64,000 nucleotides of DNA from the human T2T-CHM13v2.0 reference genome, Homo sapiens (GCF_009914755.1 NC_060933.1); one strand, 5' to 3'. Shown: positions 1 to 19,706, numbered from the stretch's first letter. A program made the numbers and translations. The notes: a model not told the origin generated them from the letters alone.

Positions 1-253
1 AGCTCAGAATTAGAGGTCACAGTAATGCCTTCCTCTTACACGCACAGTCTGCTGCATCCTCACATGCCTCAGGTGGGTGGTAGAGCATCCATGGGACAGG
101 TGCAGAGACTGAGGCTCAGAGGGGTTGAGCCCAGCACCGGGCTCTAGACCACTAGCCTCTTCCTGTGAACAGCTTGTTTTCTTACAGTTGGGCCCTGGAG
201 GGGAGTGGGGGTTGCTCAGCATGAAGACCTGGAGCCTGCCCTGTCAGTGTTGA

Positions 254-553
<300 letters not shown>

Positions 554-718
554 TGAAGCTGTCACTTCCTTCTGTCCCCCAGCACCTGGGAGGGCCCTTA
601 CAGATCACCCAGCCCAGCCTCCCCGTGTGCAGATGGACACTGTAGCCTACTGGGAGGAGCTGGCCGGAGGTCACACAAAAAGGATTGGCAAGGCAGGGTG
701 GGAAAGCCAGCCTCCTAA

Positions 719-1096
<378 letters not shown>

Positions 1097-1604
1097 TGAC
1101 CCAGTCATTACAAAGTCTGGTTTCTTAGCATGAGACTGCTACCAGATTGGACCTGTGGCCTCGGGCAAATGTTTCCCCACTGGGCCCCAAGCTTCCCATC
1201 TATAAAGTGAGTGGGTTTGACAAGATAGTTGGGATCACATCCTGCTCCAGTATTTTGGGTTCTGCGTAACCCGTTGCACTGAGGTCAGCTGTTCACCTGT
1301 AGTGAGATTTGCCTTAACAAACCCTGTGCAAGGTACGAGCTAGTAAGAGCAGATCTTGATGGGGCTGGGGAGACATGGCGCCAGAAAAGCCTGAGAAGTC
1401 TAGTGAGGGGGCCCATTGCAGGATGATTCCAGAAACAGGCTCCAGCCATATGCCCTGCCACTTCCAGGCCTCTTTTTTCTAACCCTGAATCACTCGTTCC
1501 TCCCTCACCTGTCAGTTTCAAAAGTACCTGCATGAGTTCAGGAAACCAGTCATTTGTTGGATGCTTCTTATGTGCCAAGCTTGTTACATCTATTTCTTCA
1601 TTAA

Positions 1605-1952
<348 letters not shown>

Positions 1953-2131
1953 TAGGTGAGGAAACCTGGGACTTGAGTGGTTTCAGTAACTGGCTAAGAA
2001 CCCAGAGCTTCAAGGTGGTGGAGCCAAGGTGCCCCCAGCCCATTTCCTAAGCCCCTCTGCACAGCTAACGCAGTGAGACAGGAAACAGGCCTGCTGGTGA
2101 CTGCCAGGACCTTTTATGATTTTCTCCACAG

Positions 2132-2496
<365 letters not shown>

Positions 2497-2722
2497 AAGG
2501 AGAGCAGCTTTGAGGAGAGAATGTCTTGTGATTCTCCAGAGGATTATGCCAGGACATTTCCCTAAAGCTATAAGGAGATTCACCTCCTTAGACGATATTT
2601 AATTACAAAGAATCATTGTCTTCAAGTTCATTAAAACATACGTACACTCCTGAAAAACATTCAGAGACATGAATAAGGCTAGATATATAATGTCCAACTA
2701 TATTCCTAGTATAAAAAGTTCA

Positions 2723-2905
2723 GGCCAGGCGCAGTGGCTCACATCTGTAATCCCAGCACTTTGGGAGGCCGAGGTGGGCAGATCACTTGAGGTCAGGAGT
2801 TTGAGACCATCCTGGCCAACATGGCAAAACGCTGTCTCTACTAAAAATCAAAACTTAGCCAGGAGTGGTGGCAGGCGCCTATGGTTCCAGCTAAAAAAAA
2901 AAAGA
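2723..2905 (+). mobile_element. Truncated Alu (left arm plus start of right arm)
   Basis: GGCCAGGCGCAGTGGCTCA..., ends in an A-run. Confidence 0.85.
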
Positions 2906-3003
2906 AATTCAGAAAAAAAATCTATATTTCTGGAAAGAAAAATTATTTAGTTACATAAATTATGTATGGAGGAATAACCTGCAGCCATTAAATGTCTTAT
3001 TGA

Positions 3004-3403
<400 letters not shown>

Positions 3404-3897
3404 TGAAGGAAATATTTAAAGGACATTTTGCTAGGTGCCAACTTACCTTCCCAAAAACATTCTGCCAGTTTACACTCCTCTCAGCAGTGTAGGAAAGTGC
3501 CCATTTCTCCACCACCATCACCATCACAAACAGTTACCAGTTTTCTTACTGTCAACCAACCTAGTAGGTGAAAAGATTTTACTTTCTTTAGTTACCAGTA
3601 ATGTTAAGCATCTTTCCAGATGTTTATTGATCACTTGAATTTCAGCATTGGCTATTTGCTTCTTTTGCCCATTTTCTAAGGGAGCGTCCATCTTTTTACA
3701 CAAGATACTCGAACTACAGGCTGAAGGCGAACAGAGGGCCCCAAGGGTTGCTTGTGATGCGGTAGGCATCCAGAGAGCCCATCTAGGTGTAGGTTGCCAA
3801 ATCAAGGAGGCCTTCCTGGAGGAGGTGGTGTTCATCTGCTGGGATTCCCTGTTGGAAATGTTAAATTTGCTGAATGAATGGATGGATTTTTTTCTAG

Positions 3898-3968
3898 AAT
3901 AAGAATGGAACAGTTGATGTCCATAACCCAGGAGGAGACTGAGAGCCTGCGGCGACGTGACGTTGCCT
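3898..3968 (+). CDS. LRSAM1: LRSAM1 coding exon, aa 363-387 (IRMEQLMSITQEETESLRRRDVA)
   Basis: ttttctag| acceptor, CCT|gtgagt donor, 71 nt. Confidence 0.96.
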
Positions 3969-4247
3969 GTGAGTTTTGGGATGGGGAGCTTGTGAGCACG
4001 CTGCCTGCTGGCTGGGCTGGCAGGGTGGATGGCCCTCCCTCTGTTGGCCATGCATGGAGGGCCCTGAGTGTTAGCCCTCGAGAGGGGCAGTCAAGTCCTG
4101 CCATGGAGCACAGGCTCTGGGGTCAGCCTAGATGTGGATGCAGAGTCCCAGTTCAAACACCCACCATGTGACCTTAGGGACATTACTGCTTACTGCTCCC
4201 CAACTTTTCCAAGCCTCGGTTTTCTTAGCTATAAAATGGAGGAAATG

Positions 4248-4412
4248 GGCCAGGTGTCGGGGCTCATGCCTGTAATCCCAGCGCTTTAGGAAGCCGAGGC
4301 TGGAGGATCACATGAGCCCAGGAGTTCAAGGCTGCAGTGAGCTGTGATCACACTACTGCACTCCAGCCTGGGTAATACAGCGAGACCATTTCTCAGAAAA
4401 AAAAAAAAAGAA
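4248..4412 (+). mobile_element. Monomeric Alu (FAM/FRAM-like or arm recombinant)
   Basis: Single-arm length with poly-A. Confidence 0.75.
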
Positions 4413-4552
4413 AGTCCAAATGCCCCCAAATAGAGGATTGTTTAAATAAATGTTGTTGATCCATATGCTGTGGCACTCTGCAGTATTAGCATCCCATTAG
4501 CATGTTATCAGGGGGAGTGTTCATAAAAATGGGAAGTGGGATGATACCATTT

Positions 4553-5730
4553 TCATTTTTTTAATTGTAAAATATGCATCATGTAAACTTTACCATCTTA
4601 ATCACTTTATTTTATTTTATTTATGTTTTGAGACAAAGTCTCGCTCTGTTGCTCAGGCTGGAGTACAGTGGTGCGATCTTGGCTCACTGCAACCTCCGCC
4701 TCCCAGGTTTAAGCGATTCTCCTGCCTCAGCCTCCGAGTAGCTAGGATCACAGATGCACACCACCACACCAGGCTAATTTTTGTATTTTTAGTAGAGATG
4801 GGGTTTTGCCATGTTGGCCAGGCTGCTCTTGAACTCCTGACCTCAAGTGATCGCCTGCCTCAACCTCCTGAAGTGCTGGTATTACAGGCGTGAGCCACCG
4901 TGCCTGGTCTTCATTTTAAAATATATTAGTTCTGTGGCATTATTGTTGTACAACTGCCACCACCATCCATCGCCAGAACTTTTTCATCTTCCTCAACTGA
5001 AACTGTCCCTAGTAAACACTAACTCCCCGTGCCCCCCTCCCCTCAGCCCCTGGGAATCAACATTCTACTTTCTGTGTGTGGATTTGAGTGTTATAAGTAC
5101 CTCCTATATGTGGAATCATACAATATTTCTCCTTTTGTGTCTACCATATTTCACTTAGCATAATGTCCTCGGGTTCATCCATGTTATAGCATGTGTTTGA
5201 ATTTCTTTCCCTTTTTTTTTTTTTTTTTTCCTGTTTCTTTATTTCTAAACACTGGCCCACCAGGGAAAAATTTTCTTCCTTTTTAATAGTAAATAACGTT
5301 GCATTTCCTGTATATGCCACATTTTCTTTCTTTCTTTTTTCCTTGCTCTGTCACCAGGCTGGAGGGCAGTGGTGTGAACCTGCTCACTGCAGCCTCCACC
5401 TCCTGGGCTCAAGCAGTCCTCCCACTACAGCCTCCCAAGTAGTGGGGACTACAGACACATGCCACCTCACCTGGCTAATTTTTTTTTTTTTTGAGGTAGG
5501 GTCTCACTCTGTTGCCCAGGCTGGTCTCAAACTCCTGGGCTCAAGCAGTCCTCCCACCTTGGCCTCCCGTAAGTGCTTATATTACAGGTGAGCCGCCATG
5601 TCCAGCGTCTACATTTTCTTTATCCATTCATCTATCAGTGGGAATGTGGGTTGTTTCCACTTTTTGACTCTTATGAATAATGCTACAAATGTGTGTGTAC
5701 AAACATCTATTCTAGTTCCTTCTTTCAATT
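4553..5730 (-). mobile_element. Old L1 (L1MB-like) 3' end, interrupted by Alus at about 4605-4908 and 5330-5606 and by a micro-insert at 5212-5268
   Basis: Typical reverse L1M 3' motifs (gtggaatcatacaatatt, atttcacttagcataatgtcctc, gggttgtttccacttttt). Confidence 0.75.
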
Positions 5731-5749
5731 ATTTTAATTTTTTGATTTT

Positions 5750-6057
5750 TCTTTTTTCTTTTTTTTTTTTTTTTTTGAGATAGGGTCTTGCTCTGTTGCC
5801 CAGGCTGGAGTGCAGTGGCATGATCTCAGCTCACGCAACCTCTGCCTCCCGGGTTCAAGCGATTCTCCTGCCTCAGACTCCCAAGTAGCTGGGATTACAG
5901 GCACCTGCCACCATGCCCGGCTAATTTTTGTATTTTTAGTACAGACACAGTTTCGCCATGTTGGCCAGGCTGGTCTCGAACTCCTGACCTCCGGTGATCC
6001 ACCTGCCTTGGCTTCCCAAAGTGCTTGGATTACAGGCATAAGCCACCACGCCTGGCC
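5750..6057 (-). mobile_element. Alu
   Basis: Full reverse-complement Alu. Confidence 0.9.
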
Positions 6058-6227
6058 TATTTTAATTTGTTTAATTCCTAAATGCATAAAAACTGACTAG
6101 AAGAATATATATCAAAATGGAATAATATTTCTGGATGACAAGATCACAGGAGATGTTATGTATGTGCTATTCAGTGTTTTACAATTAGCCTTCCAAGCAT
6201 ACGTTGCTTTTATAGTTAAAAAGAACA

Positions 6228-6526
6228 GGCCGGGCGCAGTGGCTCACCTGTAATCCCAGCACTTTGGGAGGCCAAGGCGGGTGGATCACGAGGTCAAGAG
6301 ATCGAGACCATCCTGGCTAACACAGTGAAACCCTGTCTCTATTAATAATACAAAAAATTAGGCGGGCGTGGTGGCAGGCGTCTGTAGTCCCAGCTACTCG
6401 GGAGGCTGAGGAGGAGAATGGCGGGAACCTGGGAGGCAGAGCTTGCAGTGAGCTGAGATCGCACCACTGCACTCCAGCCTGGGTGACAGAGTGAGACTGC
6501 ATCTCAAAAAACAAAACAAAACAAAA
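6228..6526 (+). mobile_element. Alu (AluSc/Y-like)
   Basis: gagatcgagaccatcctggctaac diagnostic; (AAAAC)n tail. Confidence 0.88.
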
Positions 6527-6576
6527 AGGAACAAAGGGTTTTTTTTAAGATAACTATCAGGTAGGTAACCAGGTGA

Positions 6577-6786
<210 letters not shown>

Positions 6787-7850
6787 TAAGGTAAGGAAGA
6801 GGAGTCCCAGGTGAGGGAGCTGGGGGAGCTGGCTCAGGGCCCAAGACCGTGGGATGAGAGCTGGGCACTAAACCTCCCGCCCTGGGCCACCCCAGCCTCT
6901 GCTCTGCTGTTAGGGGCAAGTGATGGCTGCTCTTCCTGAGTTTTCTAGCCGGATCCATGATTCAGTGTTGGGCTGTGTTAAAGTGGTAACAGTCATTCCC
7001 ATTTCTTGTGCACTTCCTGTGTGGCAGGCACTCGGCAAAGCGATGAACCACATTCGCTGATTGATTCTAGGAGGGACTGTATTGTTATTAGCCCGATTTC
7101 ACAATCGCAACTCAGGTTCTGAGAAACTGTATAACGCACCCAAGGAAGCAAGCCAGCAGGTGGCGGAGCCAGGATTTGAGCCCGGCAGAGGGGAGGGGTG
7201 TGCTCTTGACTGTGGTACACTCATCAGTGTCTGAGGACCCCCACGGTTGGGGGTGGGATGCCCTGGAAGGATAAGTGAAGGGGTTGCTTTCATGCTGATG
7301 GCTGCTCTGGGGTCCGGCTCCCTGTGCTCACTGGGCACTGTGGGTTTGTTGGAGGTTCCACAGGTGCCCAGCAGAGCCAGTGGGGAAAACTCAGTGCTCA
7401 GGAGCCCCAGACAGGGACAGGCCAGCAGCCCTGGATGCCCTGTTTTTCCTCCCATGCATGTGGCTGGCACTGCTGCCACCCTCCAGGGCGCCTGGACTGT
7501 GCGGGCCTCCCCTGGGTCCCTGCAGATGTGGGAATTTCTCCCCCCTTTCCTGATACGTGACACTGTGCTTAGGAGTTGCAAGCGCAGGGGTCAAACAGAC
7601 CTGGATCCAGGTCCCACTTCTGCTTACTAACCGTGAGGTCTCAGGCAAGTCTCTTTCCTTCTTTGGGCTTCAAATTCCTTATCAGATAAATCATAGTACC
7701 TACCTGTAGAGTTGGTGGAGAATTTGATGAGTGTTGATGAGCATAATCTCTAGTGCATAAAGGTCCAATAAATATTTGCTATTGTTGTGAAGCAGGGACC
7801 TCACTGGGAAAAAATAGTTGCTATTATGAAATAAACAAAGCCAAGATGGT

Positions 7851-8295
<445 letters not shown>

Positions 8296-8604
8296 TCAGG
8301 AGCTCCCCACCCATGGAGGTGGCTGGGCAGAGGCAGGCATCCACTTCCGGGGGGTGCTGGGGAGGGGATTCTGGTGGCAGGTTGGGTGAGAGGACCTGGA
8401 AGCATCTCTCTCCCAGCTCCCAACTCGATCCCCTTCCCTCCAGGCCATGGGATTCAGACAGACTCAGTGTCTGTGGCCCACCCAGGGCCCGGCTCCCAGC
8501 AGGTACTCCATGAATGTGGTCCACTGAAGAAATGGGTTATCTTGATCTCCTCCAAGGGGCCTGGCACATAGTAGGTGCTCGGGAAACGTTCCAAGAATGA
8601 ATGA

Positions 8605-8802
<198 letters not shown>

Positions 8803-9209
8803 TAGACAGCATGTGGGACCACAGAGGTTTGTGACCATAGAGGTGTACAAGTGATCAGGGTGAGGGGTGGGAGAGGCTGAGGGGGGGCCCGGGGGATGGT
8901 CTTCTGGTCACTAAAATCCACAGAAGCACCTCCACCTGCTCTCTGGCAGGCTCCTACCCCCATCCTGTGTAGGAGGCTCCATTGGAAGGACTTAAGTGGC
9001 AGGAGGTGATGGTGACCACACCATGGAGGTCAGGGCACAGAGGACGCTGTGGGACCTCTGGCCTCTTCTCATGTCCAGACCTGCTGTGCTGCTATCTGCT
9101 CTTCCATCTCTGCGGTGCTCAGGAGGTGCCTGGCAGGGCTCTTGAGTGGATGAAACGAAGGGCCCCTGTGACCTCCTCCCCTTCGGTGTCCATATTACTC
9201 TGTTTAGCG

Positions 9210-9833
<624 letters not shown>

Positions 9834-10295
9834 GTTCAGCTCTTTCCTGCAGCCCCGTGGGAGTCTTGCCGCTGCCTCCCTTCTTCCCTCGCCTTTCTCC
9901 CCTGTCCTCTGCGTGTTTGTCATCCCACCCTGCTCCTTTCTCCCTAATTTCAATCTCTGTTCTAAAATGGTTTGACTTAGTATCTGTGGAGCTTGTCTGA
10001 GGAAAATTCTCCATTTCTCAGAGGAGGCATCTGCCTTGTGGTTAAGTGGGGCTCGGGAGCTGGATAGGCTTGGTGTGTGTCCCAGCGCCGCTGATTCATG
10101 CCTCTGAGTGTCACTCCCCATCTGTGAAGTGGGGCAGTAAAAGCACCCCCACGGTCCACTGTGGTGGAAACTCAGGGTGCAATGCCGGAAGTGCATCAGG
10201 TAGAGGCTGCCCGAAGTGAGCCCCTAGTACCATCTTAAGGTTTACACAAGTGAGGTGAAATCTTCTCCCTCTCTCAGAAAAAACCCATCCATTAA

Positions 10296-10742
<447 letters not shown>

Positions 10743-11544
10743 TGATGTGTGGCTTTGACTGCTCCAGCTGCCTCTGCTGTCCCTGCTCCAGGCAGGACTT
10801 CCCCACTGGGAAAAGCAGCCGGCGCAGGCCCCAGCGCTCCTACAGCTCAGACAGACAGAGGCGTCTCAGGGGCATATAGTATTTCCCCCAGAAGAGGGCA
10901 GGGGGAGCTGTGAGCCACCGTGGTCCTGACGCCTGCTGAAAAGTGACCTCGGCCCAGGAGGAGGCGGTCCTCCTCTTAGACCCTCCCTCATGTGACAAGA
11001 TACCCCCCACCCCCCGCAGGCCGGCTGCTGACCTTCAAGCTATCCTTGGGCAAGCCCACCTACACGGCTTGGTGGTCACCGCCTGTGGAGTGGGGCTGGG
11101 GCTGGGGCTGAAGTGAGCGTCAGGCTATGGGAGTACTCCTGCATCATGTTCAGCACACTGAATTTTGCATTTTTGCATGGTTTTTTTCTTTCTCTATTTT
11201 TCTTTCTTTCTTTCTTTCTTTCTTTTTTTGGACCAATTTACCTTTTTAATTTCCCTCTTTAATTTCAATTCCACATTGCCGGACATGAAGCTCATTCCTC
11301 TGACCAGGGGTTGGTGGTGTCATAGGGACTTAGGGATGAGGGTCACAGGGTCATGGGCACAGGATAGAGAAGTACTGGCTATGGGGTCTGACCCCCACCC
11401 CTGCCCAGGGCTAAAATCCCCTAGACACACCCTGGAGAGCCTGTGAGGGCCCCCCACATTCTCACTGCAGATGGTTTTGACCAGGTCAGCTATTGCCCTT
11501 AAACCCTGAGCTGAGGCATCCCAGAGAAAGGGATCTCTCCCTTA

Positions 11545-11700
11545 CCTGCTCTGTGTCCTTGAGCAAGTGAGAACCTCTCTGAGCCTCAGTTTTCTTGTCT
11601 ATAAAATGGAGGCAATAATACCTCCTAGCAGCCAGAGAATTGATGAAATATGATACATCAAGTGTGCAGCACAGGCCTAGCACATAGTAGGTGCTCAAGA
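11545..11700. mobile_element. MIR (one of many MIR fragments in the window)
   Basis: Core ctctgagcctcagttttcttgtctataaaatgg...gcacatagtaggtgctcaa. Confidence 0.75.
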
Positions 11701-12163
11701 CATACCAGCTACTACTACCACTGTTACTCAGTCACTTCCACTACCCTCTGCTCTCCCCTGCAACAGCGATGCGAGGGACAAGAGAACTTGACCAGCAGGA
11801 GACTGGGTGATAGCTCTGTCTGTGCTTTACTCTGGCCTGAATCCCCAAGGAAAGCCCCCTCTCCATTGCACAAGCCTTTATCCTGATCCCACTCTAGGAG
11901 AGATCCTGTGCTGGCCTCTTGGTAAACAATTTTGGCCACAACAAGCACGTCCATGACCCCAGGAACGCGAGGCCATGAAGGAACGAATTCTTGTTCAAGC
12001 CCCTTGACGAGGTTCCCAGGCCCGCAGGTTCCCCTCATTCCAGAGCCTCCCCAGCCTCCCCAGAAAGGCTTCTTAGACCCACTTGGTCACCAGAGAGTAG
12101 CAGCACAAAACTGAACTGTGGTTAATGTGAGTAAAAAAAAACCCTGTCTCGTCTTCTGTTTAG

Positions 12164-12388
<225 letters not shown>

Positions 12389-13585
12389 TGACACCAGAGG
12401 ACACCCCCCAGCCCCAGAAGGCCCAGCGCAGGCCAAGGTTAGAGGTGGTCAGCCTGTTGCGAGGCAGGAGGGTCAGAGGAAGGAGGGTTTCATTGCCAAG
12501 GCTCCCCTGCTCATCTCCATCACTGTGTCTCCTGTGCTGGGTGCGGGCCCGCCGCTGAGCTCCTGTCTCTCTCTGTAGGCCGTGCTTTAGGCCCCCAGGC
12601 GCACATCCTCCAGGGCTGGAGCTTTTGGGTGTCCCGGGTTGTCTGGAGGAGAGGGCCCAGCCGCATCTGTGTAACTCCCTGCAGGCAGCATCTCTGGGGC
12701 TCCAGCCCGGGAGTCCTGCGCACACAGATGAGAGGGCAGCAGGGACTGGCAGCTGGCGTCCTGGACTGGATGCCTGGGAGCCGGGTGTGGCCCAGCACAG
12801 CCCTGCTGTGCAACTTTGGCAGGTGGGGGAGGAGAGGCAGCCCTTTCCCCTCTCTGAACCTCAGCCTCTCCAGCTGCAGACGGAGGGCTGGATGGGATGG
12901 TGTGTGAGGACATGTGCCTGTGCCAGGAGTTTGAGCAGAGCCTTCGGTCTGTCACTGTCCCTGTGTCTGTTCTCAGTGGAGAAGTCTCAAGCCATCCCAT
13001 GGACTCCTCAGTGCAGTGAAGGGTCTGGGATCTGGATCCCTGGTCTCAGGTGCACCGCAGGTGTGCTGTGTGCCCTTAGACAGGCCTCTGCCCCTCCAGG
13101 CCTTCTTCCCCTACTCCATAAGATGGCAGCGGTCCTCCAGGCCCAGCCTGTGCCATCAGGCCATCGGAGAAGGCTGAGCTAGCAAGGGAAAGCCCTTTGT
13201 GAGCCTTGAAATGATCTCCAGAGATGAGGGGACTGGGACTGCTCTCAGAGAAGCTGCGGTCATCATGCCTGGCGGGTGCCCTAGTCCCTGCCCACAAGTG
13301 TGGCAGGGCTCTGGCTGTTGGGGCCCCCATGGGGTTTCCAAGAGCAGGCGCAGGAGTGAAGCAGGGACCCCAGGCTCTGGTTTGCACGCACCTCCATTTG
13401 TGTGGGGCCCCACACTGCTCCCCGCCATTTGCTTCTGCCCATGTGCTCTGTTGTCTGGGAGACCAAAGGCAGGCACCTGTGGCTTGTCATTTCTTTTGTT
13501 TGATGTTTCTTACCATCCCATTGTCATCAGTCACCAGGATCCCATGCCTGACTTAACCCCACAAGGAAGAGAGATGCGGGCTTAG

Positions 13586-14310
<725 letters not shown>

Positions 14311-15610
14311 TCTCCTGCGGTTTTGATGCATATTTTCCAAACATTGTGATGCACCTTTATAGCTGTTCGTGTATGCGCCTTTTAAACGTGGCATGCTGCA
14401 TACCCTTTTCGAGCAGCCTGTTTCCGCACATTCTTTTCAAGTCATTAAACTATTCCTTGACGTCCTTTCTCAAGGCTGTGCGTGGCCCCTATTGTTGAGT
14501 ATGTGGATTACTTCTGGTTTTTAAACTTTTCTAGGCAATGCTCTCCGAATGCCTTTGTAGTCGAGTATTCGGGAACAGCCATGAGTATTCACTCCAGACA
14601 GGACTCACTATGTCCAGGGCAGGCCGTTTGATAAGCTTTTGGCAGGAGTGGCCCAGCTGTCCCTGTCCCCTGATGGGTTTGACACTGGCACATTTTCAGC
14701 GTGGCAGAGGCCCCCTTGAGAGTGTCTCCTCTAGACCCAGAGGGCACCCAAGCAATGAGGACAGAGGCCAGGCTCACCATCTGGGGTGGAAAAGACCGAG
14801 TCGTTCCTGTGTCCCCGTGAATGCACCAGATGCCCTCTGAGCTGCGTCCTAGGCCGGGTCCTGTGCAGGTTTAGAAGAGAGAGACCAGCTGCTTCTGGAG
14901 CCCTGAACAAGCCAAGTGGTGCCTGTGCCCATCAGAGGAAGCTGCCTGTTCCTCACGGTGCCCTACTGCCATCTCCTACGCATCAGGTTACTTTGCAGAT
15001 GGTGCCTTGGCGCTGTGCCTTAGCAGCCAGGTACTATGGCTGGTGCCCCTGCCCTTGTAGGCCTTGGGGGTCACCACCAAAGGAGGAAGCACCGCCCCAG
15101 CAGAACACAGCCCATCCGGCTCCTGGGCGCTGGAAGAGAGGGGCTGCAGCCCGGGAGGGCCAACGACGGAAGGGAGCAGTGGGCGTGGCCAGGTCCAGGA
15201 GGGGCCCGCAAAGGGCAGTCAGGCCCAGCAGGGATTGAGAAACGCCTGTGTTGATCCCACTCCCCATGTCATGCCAGCCCTCACTGAACAGCTCCGTTGT
15301 TCTGAGCACGGGCTCTGGAGCAAGACAGGCCTGGGTCCAATTCCTGGCCCCACCCTGGGCAGGTTACTCATCACCCTGAACCTCAGCTCCCTCACCTGGG
15401 AGGTAGAATCTCCTTCCCGGAGTTGTGAGAATTAATGATGGCATCGTTAGGTGCACAGCATGGTCTGGCACATGGCACTGTGAACATGTCAGCTACGCCT
15501 GTTGTCACCGTGGCTGTTATCAGCATTGTTTGTTCACTGCTGTATTCCCAGCACCTAGAACAGTACTCAACGAAGAGTTATCGAATGGCAGAATAAAAGA
15601 ATCACATTCA

Positions 15611-15840
15611 GGCTGGGTGCAGTGGCTCACGCCTGTAATCCCAGCACTTTGGGAGGCCGAGGTGGGCAGATCACTTGAGGTCAGGAGTTTGAGACCAGCC
15701 TGGCCAACGTGGTGAAAACCCCATCTGTACTAAAAATATAAAAATTAGCCGGGCATGGTGGCACACACCTGTAGTCCCAGCTACTCGGGCACTCCAGCCT
15801 GGGTGACAGAGCAAGAGTCCATCTCAAAAATAAAATAAAA
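15611..15840 (+). mobile_element. Alu with internal right-arm deletion
   Basis: cccagctactcgg joined directly to gcactccagcctgg. Confidence 0.85.
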
Positions 15841-15876
15841 GTACCAAGTGCTGTCCACCCACTCAGAGGAGCATAG

Positions 15877-16200
<324 letters not shown>

Positions 16201-16244
16201 AACCATCATTGTTATTACAGGTTTTATTACCATTTTGTGACTAA

Positions 16245-16544
<300 letters not shown>

Positions 16545-16783
16545 TGAGGGGGACGACAAGGCACTGGTCACTGCTGTGCAGGGCAGAGACCACTGAGCCC
16601 ACAGTAGAGCAAAGCCTGTGCCGGGAGCCACTGTCTGTCCAGCACCTGCGGGGACAGAGAGGCAGTTGAAACAGCCCCCTCTTGGTGGATGTTCAAGTTG
16701 CTTACTATTTTCAGGTTTGCAGACAGAGCGGCAGTGAACCCCTGGGCCTATCTATCTATCTATCTCTGTGTGCCTACCTATGA

Positions 16784-17095
<312 letters not shown>

Positions 17096-17940
17096 TGACC
17101 AGCCGGGGGTTGATCTGCTCCTTGTGTAGTCCTCGTTGAGGCCTGTCCTTACCTAATGGCCCAGGGCCACCTTGCTTCCAGATGGCCAGAACACCTGCCC
17201 ATCTGCCCCAGCCGCCTGTGTGTGCCCTGCACACTGTCTCACTGGGAAATCCTGGGGAGGTGGGTCCTGCTGACCTGATCAGACTGGATCTTCAGACTGG
17301 AGGGACAAGACAGGCCCTTGGGGCTTATCTGATCCAGCCTCTGCCCTGCCTCATGGTGTCACAAACTGTCGTGGCCACAGCACTGCCTGAGCCCCTGTTC
17401 CTTTCTGGGCACAAGCTGAGCTCTTTACAGCACATTAATCCACTTATTCTTCAAAACAGAATACTCATCGCTGTGCCAGCTAACTTTGTAGCACCTGCAC
17501 GTGCGGGGCACCATTTTAAGCACTTTTTGTATTCGAACTCACTGAATTCTCCCGACAGCCCAGCAGGGTACATATCATTATCATCATCTTTCAGTTGAGA
17601 CCCAGTAAGGCAATAACTTGGCCCAAGGTCACACAGCAGAGTGAGGTCTCCACCCCAAGCAGTGTGGCCCCAGAGTTCGTGTTCTTTTTCATGAGACTCT
17701 CCTGCCCCTCCCTGGACAGATGCAGACACCAGGGTCCAAGAGGACTGGATGGCACTGAGGGTCACAAGGCCATGCCGCTCAGGCTCTGGAGGCTGAGGGA
17801 CTGTGGGGCTCGTGTGCTGCTGCTGCTTAGTGGCTTGGCCTCCAAGGCTTCTCTCCTCCCCCACCTGGTGGGGAAGTGGCTGAGGTGTGCAGGTGAAGCC
17901 TGGCACCGGGAAGCAGTTGCTAAACCATAGCTGTTGCTAG

Positions 17941-18372
<432 letters not shown>

Positions 18373-19706
18373 TGACTCCTGAGGGCTGGTTCTAGCCTCT
18401 GCTGGTCGGTAAGGTTTCCTCCCAAGGAGCAGGCTTAGGGATCAGTGAGCCCATTTTACAGATGGGAAAAATGGGCCACCAAATTGGGAGAACAGGAGAC
18501 CTCCACGTAGCAGTGGAGGGGCCCTCCCAGCTCCCTGTCCCATAGCCTTCCCTCAGTCCACCCTACAGACGCTGGGATCCACACACTGAGGGACTTTGGA
18601 CTAGAGGGAGAAATAGCCCGTCCCCAGGGCCTGCAGTATACCCAATGCTGGGCCTGAGGCATGCCTGTGGACATGGAGAGATGTCCACAACAGGCTGTGA
18701 AGGGGCAAAGGCAGGTCGTGAGGCCCGTGGGGAGAAGGGGCAGGTGTGGAGTCTGGGGTCTGCCATGTGCTGAGCATGATCTGGGAGCCCGGCACCTGCC
18801 CACCGCTGTGCATGAACCACGTTGAGGAACCTCCGGATCCATCCCGTGAGGAGGCACTGTTGTGGTCCTCATTTTCAAGATGGGGAAACTGAAGCGCAAA
18901 GAGGTTAGCATGTCCCCCATCAGGTCCCATTGCTGGCAGATGGTGGAGCCACTGGGCTTGCCTGCCTCCCTGGGGAAGAGGTGAGGGGCCAGAGCAGGGG
19001 TGAAGGAGAGGGCAGTCTTGTGCTGCTGGGCTGGGCGAGGCTCTGGACAGGGCATTTTTAGCCAGAGCCAAGGAAGAAGCGGAGGAGCTGAGGCGAAGGT
19101 GGAGTTCTGGACTGGACCTCAGTGGGGAGGCCCCGGGGCTCCAGGGGGCTGGGCTGACTGCAGCCCCAGGATAGCTTCAGGCACCAGTTTTGCAGCTACT
19201 TTTACTCCAGGGACACTGACTCAACCCCCAAAAAGTCATTAAACTTCTTAGCTTTTTGATATCAAGTCATGTGCAGAATAGGCCCCTTCTGGATGTTCCT
19301 GACCCCCCAGCTCTCAGACTGGAGATCAGAAGAGTTTTCCATCAGGAGTTGGGGTCACCCCCGGCAGACAAGCCTCACGTGAGCAGGAGCCACAAACAAA
19401 CAGGTGCCCTTCACCCTGAGTGGGGTGCAGTGCCTCTGAGCCCAGCAGTCCTCAGGATCGGCTGCTTCTCACTGTTTGAGTCATCCCTGGAGCAAACAAG
19501 CAGGTTCTTCCTCTCCATAGCAGATTGGCCATGAGGATCTGTGGCCACATGCAGAAAACGGATGCCTGGGCTGCTCAGGGCTTCCTGCTTGTGCCCATTG
19601 GCAGGGGAAGGGGCCATGGTGGGATCCGTCCTCAGTTCCAGAAGGCAAGGGAAACCCTCAATTTCCTAGCAATTCTCTTATTACTCCCAGAAATCGGTAT
19701 ACTTTA

